A DNA stretch of 55,579 nucleotides from Thraustochytrium aureum (GCA_012862495.1 BLSG01000117.1:15636-71214), one strand, 5' to 3'; counted from the first letter of the stretch, positions 10,697 to 24,322 are shown. Made by a program: numbers and translations. Notes: generated from the sequence alone by a model not told the origin.

Positions 10697-13600
10697 ATGG
10701 CGCACGCTGCGGGAAGGCGCCGGTCGCGCGTTGAAATGACAGAGCAGAGCGTGGCGAGGTCCACGCTCATGCTGCTGAGGCAGCTGGCCGGGCACGCCAC
10801 TCCCGTCCAGTGCTGCGCGTACAACACCGCGAGGCACCACGTGCTGTCGGCGGACTTGGCAACGATGCGGCTGTGGAGTCTGCGGAAGGAGCTCAAGAAG
10901 GTGCCACTGCCAAGGCTCGACGGGTTTGACGGGCCTGCAGCATTCCTGCAAATGTTTTATTTCGCTCGGGAGGACCTCTACTTGGTGCTCTGCCGCGGCG
11001 ACCCCACGGTTCGCGTTCACAGCTACGGCGGGTATATCCTTGGGTACCAAGCAGGGATGCTCCCAGCGCTAGAGTTCCAAGGCCACCCTATTTCGGAGAT
11101 CGTCGGAGGCGGCGTCGACGAGCACAGGAGCGAGCTCGTCACATGCGACAAGAGTGGAACAGTTAACTTTTGGGCGTTCTCGCGGCACCCTGGCTTGGAC
11201 AGCGGCGCCAACGAGGGTGCCGAAAACGAGGCTGACGCTGGGCTCAAAGTGTACCATCGTGCGGGAATCAACTTGCGAGATTCCGGGATGCATGGCACTG
11301 TGTGCGCCTTCCACCTCGCTCCAAGCGCAAAACAGTGCCTGGTCTTCGTTGGATCCACGTGCGGTCTTTTGCTTGTGGCGGACGCCGCAACGACGGATAT
11401 CCTCTGCATCGCAGGCGCGGATGGCGCCGAGGGCGACCGTGGGGCCATCTCCAGCATCGCTTTCGACGCAGAAACGCAGCACGTCTTGGTCGGGATGGAC
11501 GACGGCCAGGTTGATCTTTTCGTGCTGCATCGCGTACAGGGCGCCCCCTTCGGCCTCATGTTCATTTCCTCGTTCCAGTGCCACGAAGGCCGAGTCAACA
11601 GCGTCCTCTTCGTCCCTCAAGTTGCCGGCGCGCTCTCTTGCGGCAAGGACAACATCGTTCGCCACTGGAAGCCGCCTACCTGCAGCGAGGTTGGGCGCTA
11701 TCAGCATATTCGACGTCCGGCTCCGGCTTCCCATGTGCCGCACAATCGGGCTCTGCAGCGCGTCCAAGTGACGCAAATCATTCCTGTAAAACTCGAGGTC
11801 GAGTCGATGTGTTCCAAGCAGTTGCTTCTCGTTCTCACCGGCGAGCTCATCACGGTCCTCGAGGTGCTCTCCCCGTGCCTGCCTTTTGCAGAGCTAGCAC
11901 CGGGCCAAGAGCCCCTCTCGCTGCACCCCGTTTTAGGGCCAGAACCCCCAATCCCGTTCGACCCGGAGGTTTCCCGCCTGCACCTGGAGCGCAACCGCCA
12001 CCACGTCGTCGCATTCACGCAAGGCAACGGGGTTGCAATATTTGACGCTGTGGACGGCAGCCCAGCTTTCTCCTTTCAAATCCCCGGTCGCGAAGAGTAC
12101 AGCGACCATCAGCGCATCGACCTACAGCGCAAGAGGCCGCCAGGCGCGCCACCCCTGCGACTCCCAGCTGCGCGTCCAAGCTCCGGAGCGAGCGCCACAG
12201 GGTCAATGGCCAGAATAACTGGCTACCATTGGTGCCCCGTGCAGGCCGTGCACGCAATCGGGTGGAGCGATGGGAAAATCGACGTGCTCGACTCGAACGC
12301 CGAGTTCCGCTTCTCGTTTGTTCATGTTGAGGCGCTGGCCCCGATTAAGACGCTCACGATGGTGCAAACCTCGGGGCCGGATGCGCGCCGCGTGCGCCAG
12401 CTCCAGCTGCAAATTTCCCCGCCGACGGGGTACAAGCCGCTCGACCCAACGTCGCAAGCTGCGATGGACTCCGGATCGATGTCCGAGTCAGCGCAATTCG
12501 CGCAGCTCAGCCATGCTCTGAACTGCACTATCAAGAGCTCAGATCCTTTCATTGGCACGCTAAACTCGAGCGCGAGTCGCCGACACCGCGCGTCGCCATT
12601 CCGTTCCGCATCCCCATCGACCGAGATGGGCCACCGCCGTGTGCTCAACCAGCTCGTGGCTGGCTCCGTGGATGGCTCCATCCGTGTCTGGCAGGTCGAA
12701 ACGCAGCAGCTCTGCCATACAATTCGTGCGCATTCTGGCCCCGTCCTTGACGTAAGCTGCGTCGACCCCGTCCCCCTCGCTGACCGCTTGGGCTCGCTCG
12801 ACGCGTTTCCACAAGTGCAGTGCCTCGTTTCAGCAGGAGCAGACGGCTTTGTCAAGTTTTGGTCAATCGGCGACATGGCGCTGCTCGGCTTTGCCCAGGT
12901 CTCCGCAGACTCGAGGTGCGCAGGCGATTCGCCGACAAAGGCGCGAAGAACTGCTGAGCAGGTAAGCGCCAACTCGGCGCTGTCGTGCCTCGCCGTGCTC
13001 CCGCAGTTCGCTGTGTTTGTTTGCGGGTACGAGAGCGGTGTTGTGCAGTCCTGGCCGCTGCCTCTGCCAGCCGACCAGCGCGACTCCAGGTTGGCAGCCG
13101 GGGCATTCCACGGCGGCGGATCCGCCCGCTCATCGCAACGCGTGCACGCCAAGAAGGTCACTGCAATCGCTCCGAGCCTGTCGCTTCCGAGCGTCTTCGT
13201 TTCCGGGTCCTTGGACCACACCGTCATGCTCTGGCACGTGCGCCGTGACGGCCGCCTCGACGCTGTCCGGAGGATGACCTTTGCAGCGCCCGTTCACGCT
13301 GCGTGCTTCACCCCGGTCTGCGACGAGATTGTCGTGAGCTGGGGCTCCTCGTTGTCTGTAGTGACTTACTTTGAGAAGATCGCAGAGCACGTTGCACTTC
13401 CCGTGCACGAGCCGCCGATGCTAAGCGACACTGCCGTACGGCATATTGGCAAACAAACCACGGCGCCACCGCCGCCCCTCAACCTGGAGCGCGTTCCGAA
13501 CGAGCTTGGCGGCGTCCCATTTGTGGAGCAAGTTCCGAGCCAAGCGGCAGAGCAGGGACACAATGCATCCGGCCCAGAACTCTGTATTGACTCGAGCGGA

Positions 13601-16600
13601 TTTACCGCTTCTCGAGTCGACAGCTCGCCAGTCAGCCCGGCCTCGGCGAGTTCGCCACTCCAGACGAGCCCAAAGCCTCAGGGGGTGTCCATCCATCTCC
13701 CATTCGCGGCGGCCGCGCAACTCCCCTCGCTGGAGCTCCTCGCCCCGGTTCAGGTGGAGGTGCTCAGATCCGCATTCAAGGGCGAGTGCGTCGTCGATGG
13801 CGACCTCAGCGTGGTTGGCTCCGCAGTTCTGGGTCATACAGTTCCCATCCACAAAGCGGTGCCTATTATCGAGAGTCTGGGCTGGCAGCAGCTCGAACTG
13901 GACACTCTATACACTATCGCAGACCGCGCTGGACTCGACGTCCAGTGCGCCGAGCTTGATTTCACGACTCTACTACGTCTCGCGGATGCATTTATGGGCT
14001 CCGCCGAGGCTGAGGCCATGCTTGAGCTCGTTCGTGCGCGGGCAGAGAAAAGTGTTGAGGAGGAGAAGCTTGCCCAGGATCGCATGCCGTCGAGAAGCAA
14101 ACGCGTTCGCGCTGGGGAGCGCGATGCCGTCGCGTACTCCGAGATGTGTACAAAGCGTGGTGTCGTGCAGTACAACGCCATGGGCGAACGGACCCGTGTC
14201 GTGTATCGCGATCTTGCGCTTTCCGAGGGCGGCGCTTCTGGCGAAGCAATTCGTCGCAACGCGCAGTCGCGCCTCGGGCTCGAGGCTCCACAAAGCCAAG
14301 TGCACAGACCAGAGCTCTGCTCGCTGCCGCCGCGGCTGGACGCGCTCTTCCGTCTACAGTACGGCAACTCCGTTGTTGACCGATTTGGCCCGCTGCGGGC
14401 GCGCCTCACGACTCAAGCGGCGGCCATCAAGGTTGCGAAGGAGGTTATGGCCGACAAGACTGTGCTTGACGCAGTCGCGGTACAGGAGAACCGCAGGCGA
14501 GCCACCCTTGAGCAGTGCGCGTTTGAGTGGCACAGGCGCCAGTTCGGTTCAGGGGCCAAGCTTGCCAAGACCGTGGCTGAGCGCTTGCTCTCGTTCCTAG
14601 AGTCTGTGCGCTTTCATGCGGCGCACAACCAGTTCCTTCACGCCGTATCGTGCTTTCTGGATGTCGCAAGGGACGGCACATACCTGGACGCTGTCGCACT
14701 CGACATGTATCACGACCTGGTTGAGCGGCTCAAGGGACGCTCCAGCGGCGACGGCGACGGCCTTTCTGTCACGATTCAAGAGGCACTCGAAGACATCCGC
14801 GACCTGCTAGGGCGACCAGCGCTTTGGAAAGCGCTTTCAGCCCTCGAGAGGAGGCTTGTCCAAGCGCACTCGCGACACCTGGCAGGGACCTCGGAAGCGC
14901 TAGAAGCGCTCTTGCAAAACCGGGTCACACATGACGAGGTCCTCGCGCTGTTCTTAGAAGAGTATGGCAGGCATGGGCCGCGGGGAGAGTTGCGCCGCCA
15001 CATTTCCCGCTCGGATGGCCAACCGAGGCCGGTTGCTGAAGCGGGCAGCCGCGCCCGCTCACCAAAGCGGTCCTTGTCGCCAAGCCAGAACCAGTTTCGA
15101 GGACTTGGCGCGGATCCTGGGGCGCTCCCGAGCAGGACAAGAAACGGCCTCGCGACTTGGGGTGGGCCTGAAAACTCCGGATTTGACCCAAACGCAACCA
15201 TCGCGGGGGATAGGCTTGACCCGGCCCTCGCGACGGTCATGTCAATGCCTGCGATTGCAACGTCTGCTCTCATCTTGAAGGCTGACTATCCCGCGCGGTC
15301 TCAAGGGGGAAGGCGTCCGAGCGATCGACCAATGCCAAGCAATCATCGCAGCGCAGAGGATTCCATGGACATGGCGATTGTCCCTGCCACGCCTCCTGTG
15401 CGCAATTACAGGAGTGACTACGCCGAAGGCCGTGCTGAGAGCCGGCGCAGAGCACGCAAGCAGGATGCGGCGATGGACGCCTATGGTGTTGGCCACGCAC
15501 ATGGCCAGCAAAACCGAGGCTGGTCGAGTGACTCGGAGCCCCAGTCACCCTCGCAACGATCGCGCCCTTCGTCGCGAGGGTCTCGCGCGGCTACGCCAAG
15601 CAAGCGTGCCCCGGCACGCTACTACGTCGAGCGACCTTTGGGTGGCTGGTCGAATTCCCGGCCTGGAACTCGAGGCTCAACGCCGTGCTCGACTCTCCAG
15701 GTCGGCGAAGACGAGCTCGCCTTTGCACCTGTTGACAACCTTGCAGAGTTTGACGTCAGTGCAGGCTCTGCGTTTTTCGCGGCTCGCGAGCACCACCCAA
15801 GCGACCAGAGCTTGGACTGGGCTGCTCATAGCTTGACCAACGAAAATGCAGGGGACACAAAAGGCCGACGGCCGTCATCGACGCCCTTCGGGGACAGCTG
15901 GGGCGTGGCTGAGCAGCGCGACGGTTCAGGCCACGGCAGTCTCGTGGATTCTCAAGGAAGCCAAGGCGGTGTGCTTGCAAGAGATGGCGCTCAGCAATTA
16001 GATTGCTACGAATCCCATGCCGGGCCTGCTCGCGCGCAGCCCAACGCTGAGACTGAGACGAGCTCGCCGTCCGCCCGGGCTCTGTTGGGCAGCGAAGAAG
16101 GAGACATGTCAGCTATGCCTTCGCACGGCGCTGTCCTAAACGGGAGAACGCCTACAGGAGGCCCCCAATCTGAAGGCGAGCGTTTCGTGCACAGCACAAA
16201 GAATCCAGCGGCGGGTTTTACAAACACGGACCAGCATTCACCGCCAGCAAGAGGTTCGGGAGGTGCCGTGCACCACGACGCGCAAAACCGATCATCGTCG
16301 CCGATTCAGGCTAAGGGTGCCCAGCAAGCTCTGGGGCAGTCTCCTGGCTACGTCGAAGAGTCGGACCTGTCGAGGAGCTCGACTACGCTTGAAGAAAACG
16401 GTGCCCTGTCGCCAGGCTCGGGAGACGCACTTGCACTTGAGGGTCGCGGCAGCCAGGCCTTCAAAACCCCTACGCCGGCAGCGGCATCGCAGCCAAACGC
16501 AGGGTCAAATGGCAAACCAAAGCGGTTGTCGTTGGTTCAAGCTTCTGGCCTGATTGACACAAGCTCCATCTTTTTTGAGAACGAGCCCGAGCCAAACGGA

Positions 16601-19600
16601 TTCCTCTACGACCATGACTCGCCGCGACTCTCGCCTCTGAGCGACTTGCCAGCGAAACAAGCGTTACCAGACGCAGAGTACGAGTCCAACCCAATCGCTG
16701 CCACGCAAGGCCTCGAGACGATGAGCGCTTCTCCGATGGCAACCGGAGTGCCTGTGGCAGACAGCCCAGCAAGTGAGGCGGTTTCGCAATCCGCACCAGT
16801 GCCGCAAGAGCGCAAGAGATCTCGCCGCTCTCTTTTCAAAGCCAAACCTGGCGCAGCTGCAAAGCAGCCAAGTTCGGCGCAAGTTGTCGAGCAGGAGCGT
16901 TCTGTGAAATCGGTGCAAGTGAGGAACTCTGTGATTGAGAACGAATCCGACAAAGCTTTGAGCGCAGCCCAAACCAGCGCGTCCGAACTAGACGGGCACG
17001 CTGAGCCAAAGCAAATCGTCAAACTCGACAAGGAGGAGCCAGACGTCGCCTCTCCTGGCTTGTCCGTGTCACCGGAACTCGCGAGTCGTGCTCAGAACGA
17101 GACCTTGGAATCGGCGCCTTCCCCCGCAGGAACGCCACACTCCCCGTCAGCCGCAAGGCCCGAAGCCGAAGCATCTCCAGACGGACTAGACGCCTCAACT
17201 GCAGGCTTCAGCAGCGCTGAGCCCGGCCTCGAGGAGGGGCACGATCCCGCCACAGCACCATGCGGGGACTCGCCAAGCAGGGTTGACAGCCTAGGAAGCG
17301 CAGAGTCCTCGCTCGGCAGCGCGCAGTTCGTCGACGGCGCTTCAACTGCGCAGCAGGGGCAGGGGCAGGGCGACGCAGAGCGGCATTCGGTCGACGACCC
17401 TGTGCTTGTAGCAAGCAGCAGTGGCATGACCAGGAGCGAGCCTCAGCCGGCGTTGGAGCGCATCGACGCCGGGCTGCAGGCCCTGCTAAAGCAGTATGCA
17501 TACCAGCCCAGCAAGCACGTCCGCAACGTAAACGTGGAGGAGGAGGACGGGCAGCCCATGGTGGCCACCCGATCAAACTGCTTTGGCGAGCCGATTCTGT
17601 TTGCCCCGCTGACACTGATGAAGCAGTGCGAGTCTGTGCCGCACTGGGAAGCCCACGAGCAAGACGACGACGCCGCGTCAGAGGTGGACATGGAGGAGGA
17701 GACGGGCCTGCGCGGCGGCTTTGTAGATCTCGGCAACCTTGACTTCCTATACGCCTCTGCAAACAGCAATGCGGACGCGGCGGCGCAACCCGAGGTGCAG
17801 GACTTTGTCGGACTCGAAGAGGNNNNNNNNNNNNNNNNNNNNNNNNNNNNNNNNNNNNNNNNNNNNNNNNNNNNNNNNNNNNNNNNNNNNNNNNNNNNNN
17901 NNNNNNNNNNNNNNNNNNNNNNNNNNNNNNNNNNNNNNNNNNNNNNNNNNNNNNNNNNNNNNNNNNNNNNNNNNNNNNNNNNNNNNNNNNNNNGGAGGGT
18001 CTTGAGGTGGACGACGACAGCGGCGCCTCGCGCTTTGCCGGTGTGGCGGGCGGCGAGCGCGTGCTTGCGTATTGGCGCAAGATCCGCACGATGGTCAAGG
18101 TCAGCGCCCTGTGGCGCGTGCAGCGGGCCAAAAGGCTCCAAGCTGCGCTTGACGGCAAGCTCAATGTCACGGAGATCGTTGTAGGCAAGCCGCAGCAAGG
18201 ACGAGTAGACAGCAGCCAGTACGCTCACTTCCGGTTTCAGGTGAACCACGCCGAGACCTTCCTGACGATATCGATTGCGTCGGAAGATGGAGACCCCGAC
18301 TTGTTCGTGTCCACAGACACGGTTCCGACCCTGCGTGACTTTCAGTGGCGAACGAGCGCGATAGGGAACCGTCGGATCGTGCTGCGTCCCGGCGAGCCAG
18401 GGTTTCGGCGCGGGACACTGTTCTTGAGCGTCTATTCTCTCATTCCAACACACTTTGAGCTCGTCGCCGAGTCGCAAGTGTACGAGTATGGTTCGGAGGC
18501 GTTGGATCACGTGACGTCTTTGACAACAAAGTTCAACGCGATTGCAACCAAGAAGACGGGTTTGCAGACGCAAACTGTTGCCAAATTTTTCCAGCAAGAA
18601 AGCGAGCTGGAAAGCAAAAGCCGGCAGTCCGTGATGCAGGGTGGCAAAGACCTTTTGGAGGAACGGGAGCCTGGGAACGGCAAACTTGACGATGTCTTCA
18701 CAACATTCGAGAACCGCCAAGACGACGAGTTTGAGCGCCTCGTTGTGCAGGTTGGTCGCGACGAGCTCAGGTCTAACCAGTTTGCTTTCGACGAGAACGG
18801 GCGGTCAAAGCGTCGGCAAACGAAGGCCATTCTCCGCCAGAGAAAGCGCGACAACGAGGGCGGCCTAAGCAGTGGGAGAAGCAGTGGCAGCTGCAGAAGT
18901 AGCTGCAGCAGCCGCAGCAGCAGCAGCAGTAGTTGCAGCGGCGGTGAAGGTGGAAGTGGCAGTGACGGGGAGCGAGAGAGTGTTTCGGGCCGTGTGTCGG
19001 TGTCGCTGAACTCAACCGAGGGATCCGCCGACAAAGTTGAATCGTGTACCGAGAATCGCGAGCCTGGAGCGCAGCAGCGGCCAGAGACGGATTCAGACGT
19101 TGGTTTGGCCAGCCCCGAAGTCCGCACCAGCAACGCCGTCGCCATCGACGAGGTCGAAAGTGTGGGAACGTGGGGCGAGGACCCCGAGTTGCTGGCTGTG
19201 CATAAAAGGCGCTGGCGCCTGCCTTCGGTCCCCAACTTGCTCCCGCCACGTATGACTTGAGCAAGTTCATCAACGCGAGCGCCGACGAAGAGCAGGTCAG
19301 GGGCAAGCAAGTATATGGTGGTGGCCTTTCAGGGGTCCTAGCGCGCTGCAAGTCTGGGTTCGCACGTCTGAGCGAATTGAGCGCGCAAGACGACGCGCCA
19401 GATGCAGTAGTCCAAGGGGCGATGTCCGCGGCAGGGCTAAGCTTGGACACGCACGCGCTCTATGGTTGGCTTGAGCAATTCGGCGCCATTAAAGGGCGCA
19501 GTGGGCGGCTCAAGCCGCTCAAGTTCCAGCGTTTCGTGGATTTGTTCGAGTTTCTTGAACGCAAGCAGATGTCCTTGGTGAAACGGAGGGCCGCAGAGCG

Positions 19601-19931
19601 GCTTGGCCCGAAGGCCCCTCTTGAACAGCGGAGTGCAGTGCCCGAGGACGCGCGCTTCCTCCCTGCGGTCAAGTCGTCGGTCAAGCTTGGCGTTGGACCC
19701 CTTGCCCACGTCGACGGTGCCCACCTCGAGGCGCCAAAGTCGCCTCAGGGCGGCGTGCCAAACTTTGCCAAGCTCTATGCCATGGGCGAGGAGGACCTCG
19801 CCGCGGCGGCACGCAAGGCCAACGCGCGGGCGCAGCGCAAGATCCGCCAGGCGCGACGCGACAGGCTTTTGCGCGAGAAGCTCGGCGACGAGGCTTTCGA
19901 GGCGCTGCGAGCGCAGGGAGGTGGTTTTTAG
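10697..19931 (+). CDS. ~3000-aa multidomain protein: WD40 propellers, TSNAXIP1-like helical domain, long S/P-rich disordered region, PPC-like beta domain
   Basis: WD repeats (GHATPV..LW, CHEGRVNSV..CGKDNIVRHW, GSVDGSIRVW, AGADGFVKFW, GSLDHTVMLW) at ~10760-13370. The ORF is open to the 17823 gap and resumes at 17995. It joins the 19257 ORF through a 1-nt deletion at 19204-19207 (VHKKALAPAFGPQLAPATYDLSKF). Confidence 0.75.
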
Positions 19932-20088
19932 TGCTNNNNNNNNNNNNNNNNNNNNNNNNNNNNNNNNNNNNNNNNNNNNNNNNNNNNNNNNNNNNNNNNN
20001 NNNNNNNNNNNNNNNCGTGGCAGAAAAAGCGCGCGCCGTTACGTGTCTCTTTCTTGCTCTTGATCAATTGAGAGCAGGGGACTTCGTA

Positions 20089-23000
20089 CTAATCTATGAC
20101 GATCGAGCCCGTACGCTTGATCCTGACATTCCGAGTGCCTGGCTTGCTCAAGCCATTCGTGGGGAACGCACCGCTCGAGCCGCTCGTCGCGCTCAGACCA
20201 GACGCGCTGGAAGAGCCCACGGCTCCCGAGGCTCGGCGCGACGACGCAGGACCAGTTCTTGAGCCCGGGTCGCGAAGTGCTGCGCTGCTTGGCGCGGACG
20301 AGGTCGACGACATCGGCGTAGTCGGGGGCCCGTGCTCGGCGAAAGCTGCGACAACCTGCTTGAGGCGGTTGTTTTCCGCACGGGAGGCCAGGAGCTGGCG
20401 CTCGAGCTCTGTCAGCGAGGAGTAAACCTCCTCGAGTTCCCGCGCGGCGTTGGTCTTTTGGCTCGCTACGCCGCGGAGCTGCGATGAGGCATCCTCGACG
20501 TAGCTGGAAAGCTTGTCGCGCTCAGACTCGAGGCGCTCGATTTCGAAAAGGTTGCTGCGCAGCTTGCGCTGGAGCTCGAGTACCTTGTCATCGCTCGCTT
20601 GCAGGCGCTCCAGGGCGGCTTTGAGCTGGAGCCGCTCCTCCTCCACCTCGTTCTTCAGCCGGTGCATTTGAGCTCGGCCGTTCTCCGTTGTCGAATCAAG
20701 CGCTCCTTGCAGGTGCTCGACGCGCGACTCTAACATGGCAATCTGGTGGCGGCAGCGAACGTGCAGGTCCGCAGCGCTGGCGCTGTCGCCTGCGCTATCG
20801 TCTCCGAGGACGCTCTCCGCGTCGCTCAGCCGCCGTCGCACGCGCTCTAGATCGCCGATTTGGTCTTGTGCTTGAGACAGCTGCTCTTCAAGTCGCATGG
20901 TTTCCTCCGTCGCGCGATCGCGCTCTGACTGAGCCTGCTCGAGCTGAACGCGCAGCGAGGAGACCGCGTCGCGAAGCTCAAGGATTTGCACGCTATCTGC
21001 TTCCCCCCGCTCGCCCCGCGAGCGGGGCCAGCCGAAGCCGCTGGCCGGGATCTGGCAATCTCGATGAGGCGGCTCAGGGCCCAGCCCAGACGATTGGCGT
21101 CCGTGTCCATGCCCTGAAGCTGCTTGGACAGGGCAAACACAATGTCACCGAGGGACTGGGAGGGAATGGCAGTGCTCACGGCCGAGTCGCGGATGTCCTC
21201 AAGCGGCGAGCTGGGCCGGACTTCCGCGCTCTCGCCTCCTTGCGAGCGCGGTGGGCCGCCGGTTACCGACTGGGCGGTCAGCGCTGTTGCACGAAGTGCT
21301 TCGTGGACACTTGCGAGCCGACGCGAAAGCTCGACAAGCTTGCGCTTGTGCTCCGCAATGGCGTCCTTGGTGAGCCCGAAAAACTCTGCGTCACGGAAGG
21401 CTTGGTCGTCCTGCAGGCTAGCGCGCGCCCTTGCGAGCTGGTCCTGCAAGTCGAGTTTGTCTTCTTCAGCGGCGGCGAGCGCGACCTCGAGCTCGTCGAT
21501 CTTGTCATGCATCTCCCGGGCTCCTGCGCCAGCTTTCGCACCTCGGTGGCCTTGGCGCAAGTCGGCATCAGCGTCCTCGAGGTGCAGCGGGGCCGGCCCG
21601 GCTTGGTCGCTCCTCGTCGCAGCGAGCGCCGCGTCTCGCTGCCTGAGTGCGATATCACGCACTCGTAGAACGCTCTTGAGCTCCTCGCCTAGTGCGCGGC
21701 ATTGGCGCTGCGCAAGCTCCATTTCCTGCTGTGCGTCGAGGCGGTCCTCTGCGGCACGCTCGGCAGATGCCTTGGCCGCCGTGGCCTCGTGCGCCGCCTT
21801 TGCGGCACGCTCGTGAGCGGCCGCGAGCTCGTGATCGAGCGCCTCAGCACGAGACTCGAGGTCGCGGATGCGCTGGTCGTCCTTGTGCTTTGCAATCTTC
21901 AGACGCGCCAGATCATCTTGGAGGTCTTGCCCCGCGAGCTCGGCACGGTCCCGCGCCTCGGCGCGGCCTTGCGGTCTCTCATTGCGTCGTCGACTCGGCG
22001 CATCGCGTTTTGCTGCTCGCGGATTGCTGCGTCGCGCTCCATGGCAATGGCATCCTTCTGTTGGCGCAGGATTGCCATATCCTGGCCGGCCGAGTCCCTC
22101 TGGCGGCGCTCTGCTTCGAGGGCTCGCAGAACGGCGCGGTGCTCCTTGTCGAGCTTGTCGCGTGCTTGCTCGGCCGCCTCGCGCTCTGCAACAGCTGCCG
22201 CGAGGTCGACCTGCGCCTTCTCGAGGGCTTGCACGCCGGTGAGGTATCTGCGGTTGGTCTCTTGCGAGGCGGCGACTGCGCGATCGCGCTCCTCCATGAC
22301 CTCTTTCATCTCTTCCATGACCGCCTGGTGGCGGCGCTCTGCAGCCTTGTATTCGCGGCTTATTACCTCGCGGTCGCGGTGCGCCTTCTCGAGGTCTTGG
22401 CGCAGCGCCTGCGTTTGGGAGCGCTCGGTCTCGAACTCTTCGCGGCCGATGCCGTGCTCGAGCTCGAGCTCCTCCCTGGCGCTGTCCGCCTGCAGCTTGT
22501 CTCGGATGGCGGCTTTGGCCGCACGCCGCAGCTTGTCGTTCTCGGAGCGCTGCTGGGCGAGCTGGGCCTCGAGTTGCGAGATGCGGTGCTGCGCCGCGGA
22601 GGGCTGGAGAGCTAGTTGCGAGGGCGAAGACGGCTTGGTGTGCTCGCCGCTGCGGCCTGGGTCGTTGGGCGCGTCGCTCCGCGCGCTCGCAGGTCGGTAG
22701 GGCGCCGGGAGCCCCCGCGGGCTCGGTTGCGTCGACTCTAGGCCGCTTTCCGCGGAAGCAGGCTCTAGTTCGAGGTCGACGTCGCCAGACTGGTAGATGC
22801 GCAGGTTGCTAACCTTGAGACGGGTCTGGTCGACCGTGCGCGTCGCGTCGGGCGTGGCGCCGCGGCCTTGCGCGGAATTGAGTTCGGACCGCAGGCGGAC
22901 AATTTGGTTTTCCGCGTCACGCAGCTCTGACTCGGTCTGCGCCATGAGCGCCTTGCGCTGCAGGTTGTGCTGCGCCTCCTGCTCTGCCAGCAGCCGTTTG

Positions 23001-23803
23001 AGTCTTGACACGTCCGCCCGCAGCTGCTCGGCCTCGCGCGCTTGTTCGGCATTCGAGGCGTCCTTTTGTTCCAGTAGGGCGTGGTTGTGCCGCGACAGCG
23101 TCTGCACCTGCCCGGTCGCGCTTGTGCTGTTTGAAGACATGCCAAAGCCATCCTCGGCGCTGCGATGGTCGTCCTTGAAGGGCCAGACCTGCGCCGACTT
23201 TGCGCGCCGAACCTGGTCTTCCAGATCTTGCACGCGCCGCTTGAGCGCAGCTTCGCGCTGCGCCCACTCTGCACGCTCGCCTTGCAGCGAGGCGGACGTC
23301 CGAGGTTCAATCGCTTGGACGCCCCGGAAGAAGCTGCTGTCGGGCCCGTCGAGCCTGGCTTCGGAGGCCTCGGCCGCGTCTAGCTCCCGTTGCTCGAGGG
23401 CTGGCCGAGACGCTACGAATGCGGGCGCCGGGACCTGGAGCTTGGCCTCAGCGAGCGTCCGTTGAAGGCTCTGCTGGAACGCGCGGAGGTCATCCATAGC
23501 GGTGTGCACCGAGCTCTCGGCCTTGCGCAGCAAGTGCGCTCCGCCGCGCTTGCCGCGCAGCACAACTGCAAGGCGGTTTTGCGCTTCGATCACCGCGGCG
23601 TGCGCCGCTGTGTTGTCCACCAAGGCCTGGCAGAGGAAGGTGACCTGTCGCGACTTGGCACCCACCTCGGCTTCAAAATACAGCACCTCGTCGACCACTT
23701 CCGCGAGCTTGGCCTTGCACAGCTGCAGCTCATTCTCCTGCATCCTCGTGCGCGGCGTCCCGCTGTGGCCCCCGCCGTCAGCCTCCTGCGCAGCCGTCCA
23801 CAT
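20089..23803 (-). CDS. Long coiled-coil protein (~1240 aa), reconstructed across two 1-nt deletions
   Basis: Three track ORFs (21899-24034, 20847-21722, 20089-20991) join into a continuous heptad-rich protein: ..DRKAA|AEARDRAEL.. at ~21961 and ..ASGG|EADSVQILEL.. at 21003-21008. The start codon is uncertain (23803 or 23743). Confidence 0.7.
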
Positions 23804-24192
23804 CACATTGGGAATCGCAGCGCGCCCGCCCGTGCGCCGCATCACAAGCCGAAACGATCTCCCGCGTCCTGCCCTCGCCAGCACAGCCTGCACGCGTGCG
23901 CGCCGCCCAGTGGCCAGCCAGCCAGCCCGCACGCACGCAAGCCAGCTGCCGAGGACCGCCGCGCGTTGGGGGTCTGGCTGGCTGGCCTGCCTGCCTCTCG
24001 CTTGCCTCACAAGGTGAAGACCACCCTTTTGCATTACACGCGCGGCGGTCCATTGATGAGGGAAAGTACCGTTTTATATGGAACTTGGCGCCGTGGCCGT
24101 TGAGGACTGGGGTGGACGCCCTTCAGATTGCTTGCTTGCGTGCGTGCGTGCGTGCGCTCGATCTGCTCTGCGTTTGGGCGTGTCTTGTGCGC

Positions 24193-24322
24193 AATGTTGA
24201 CGGTCGACGCGCCTTTACTGCGATGTTGATGATTGGCGTGCCTTTTCTGCGATGTTGATGATTGACGCGCCTTTCTGCGATGTTGATGATCGGCTTGCTT
24301 TTTCTGCGATGATTGACGTGCC
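24193..24322. repeat. Minisatellite, ~29-30 bp unit CCTTTTCTGCGATGTTGATGATTG(A/G)CG(C/T)G, about 4 copies
   Basis: Tandem units are visible directly. A (GCTT)/(GCGT)n run precedes them at ~24130-24156. Confidence 0.85.

Noticed and set aside
18860..18965. AGC-rich microsatellite
   Set aside because: It simply encodes a poly-Ser/Gly tract within the WD40 gene.
8417..21970. Euplotes-type AAA-TAR +1 frameshifting or an alternative genetic code
   Set aside because: Most sites need a base added (-1 direction), lack a shared slippery/stop motif, and genes end at ordinary TAA/TAG/TGA.
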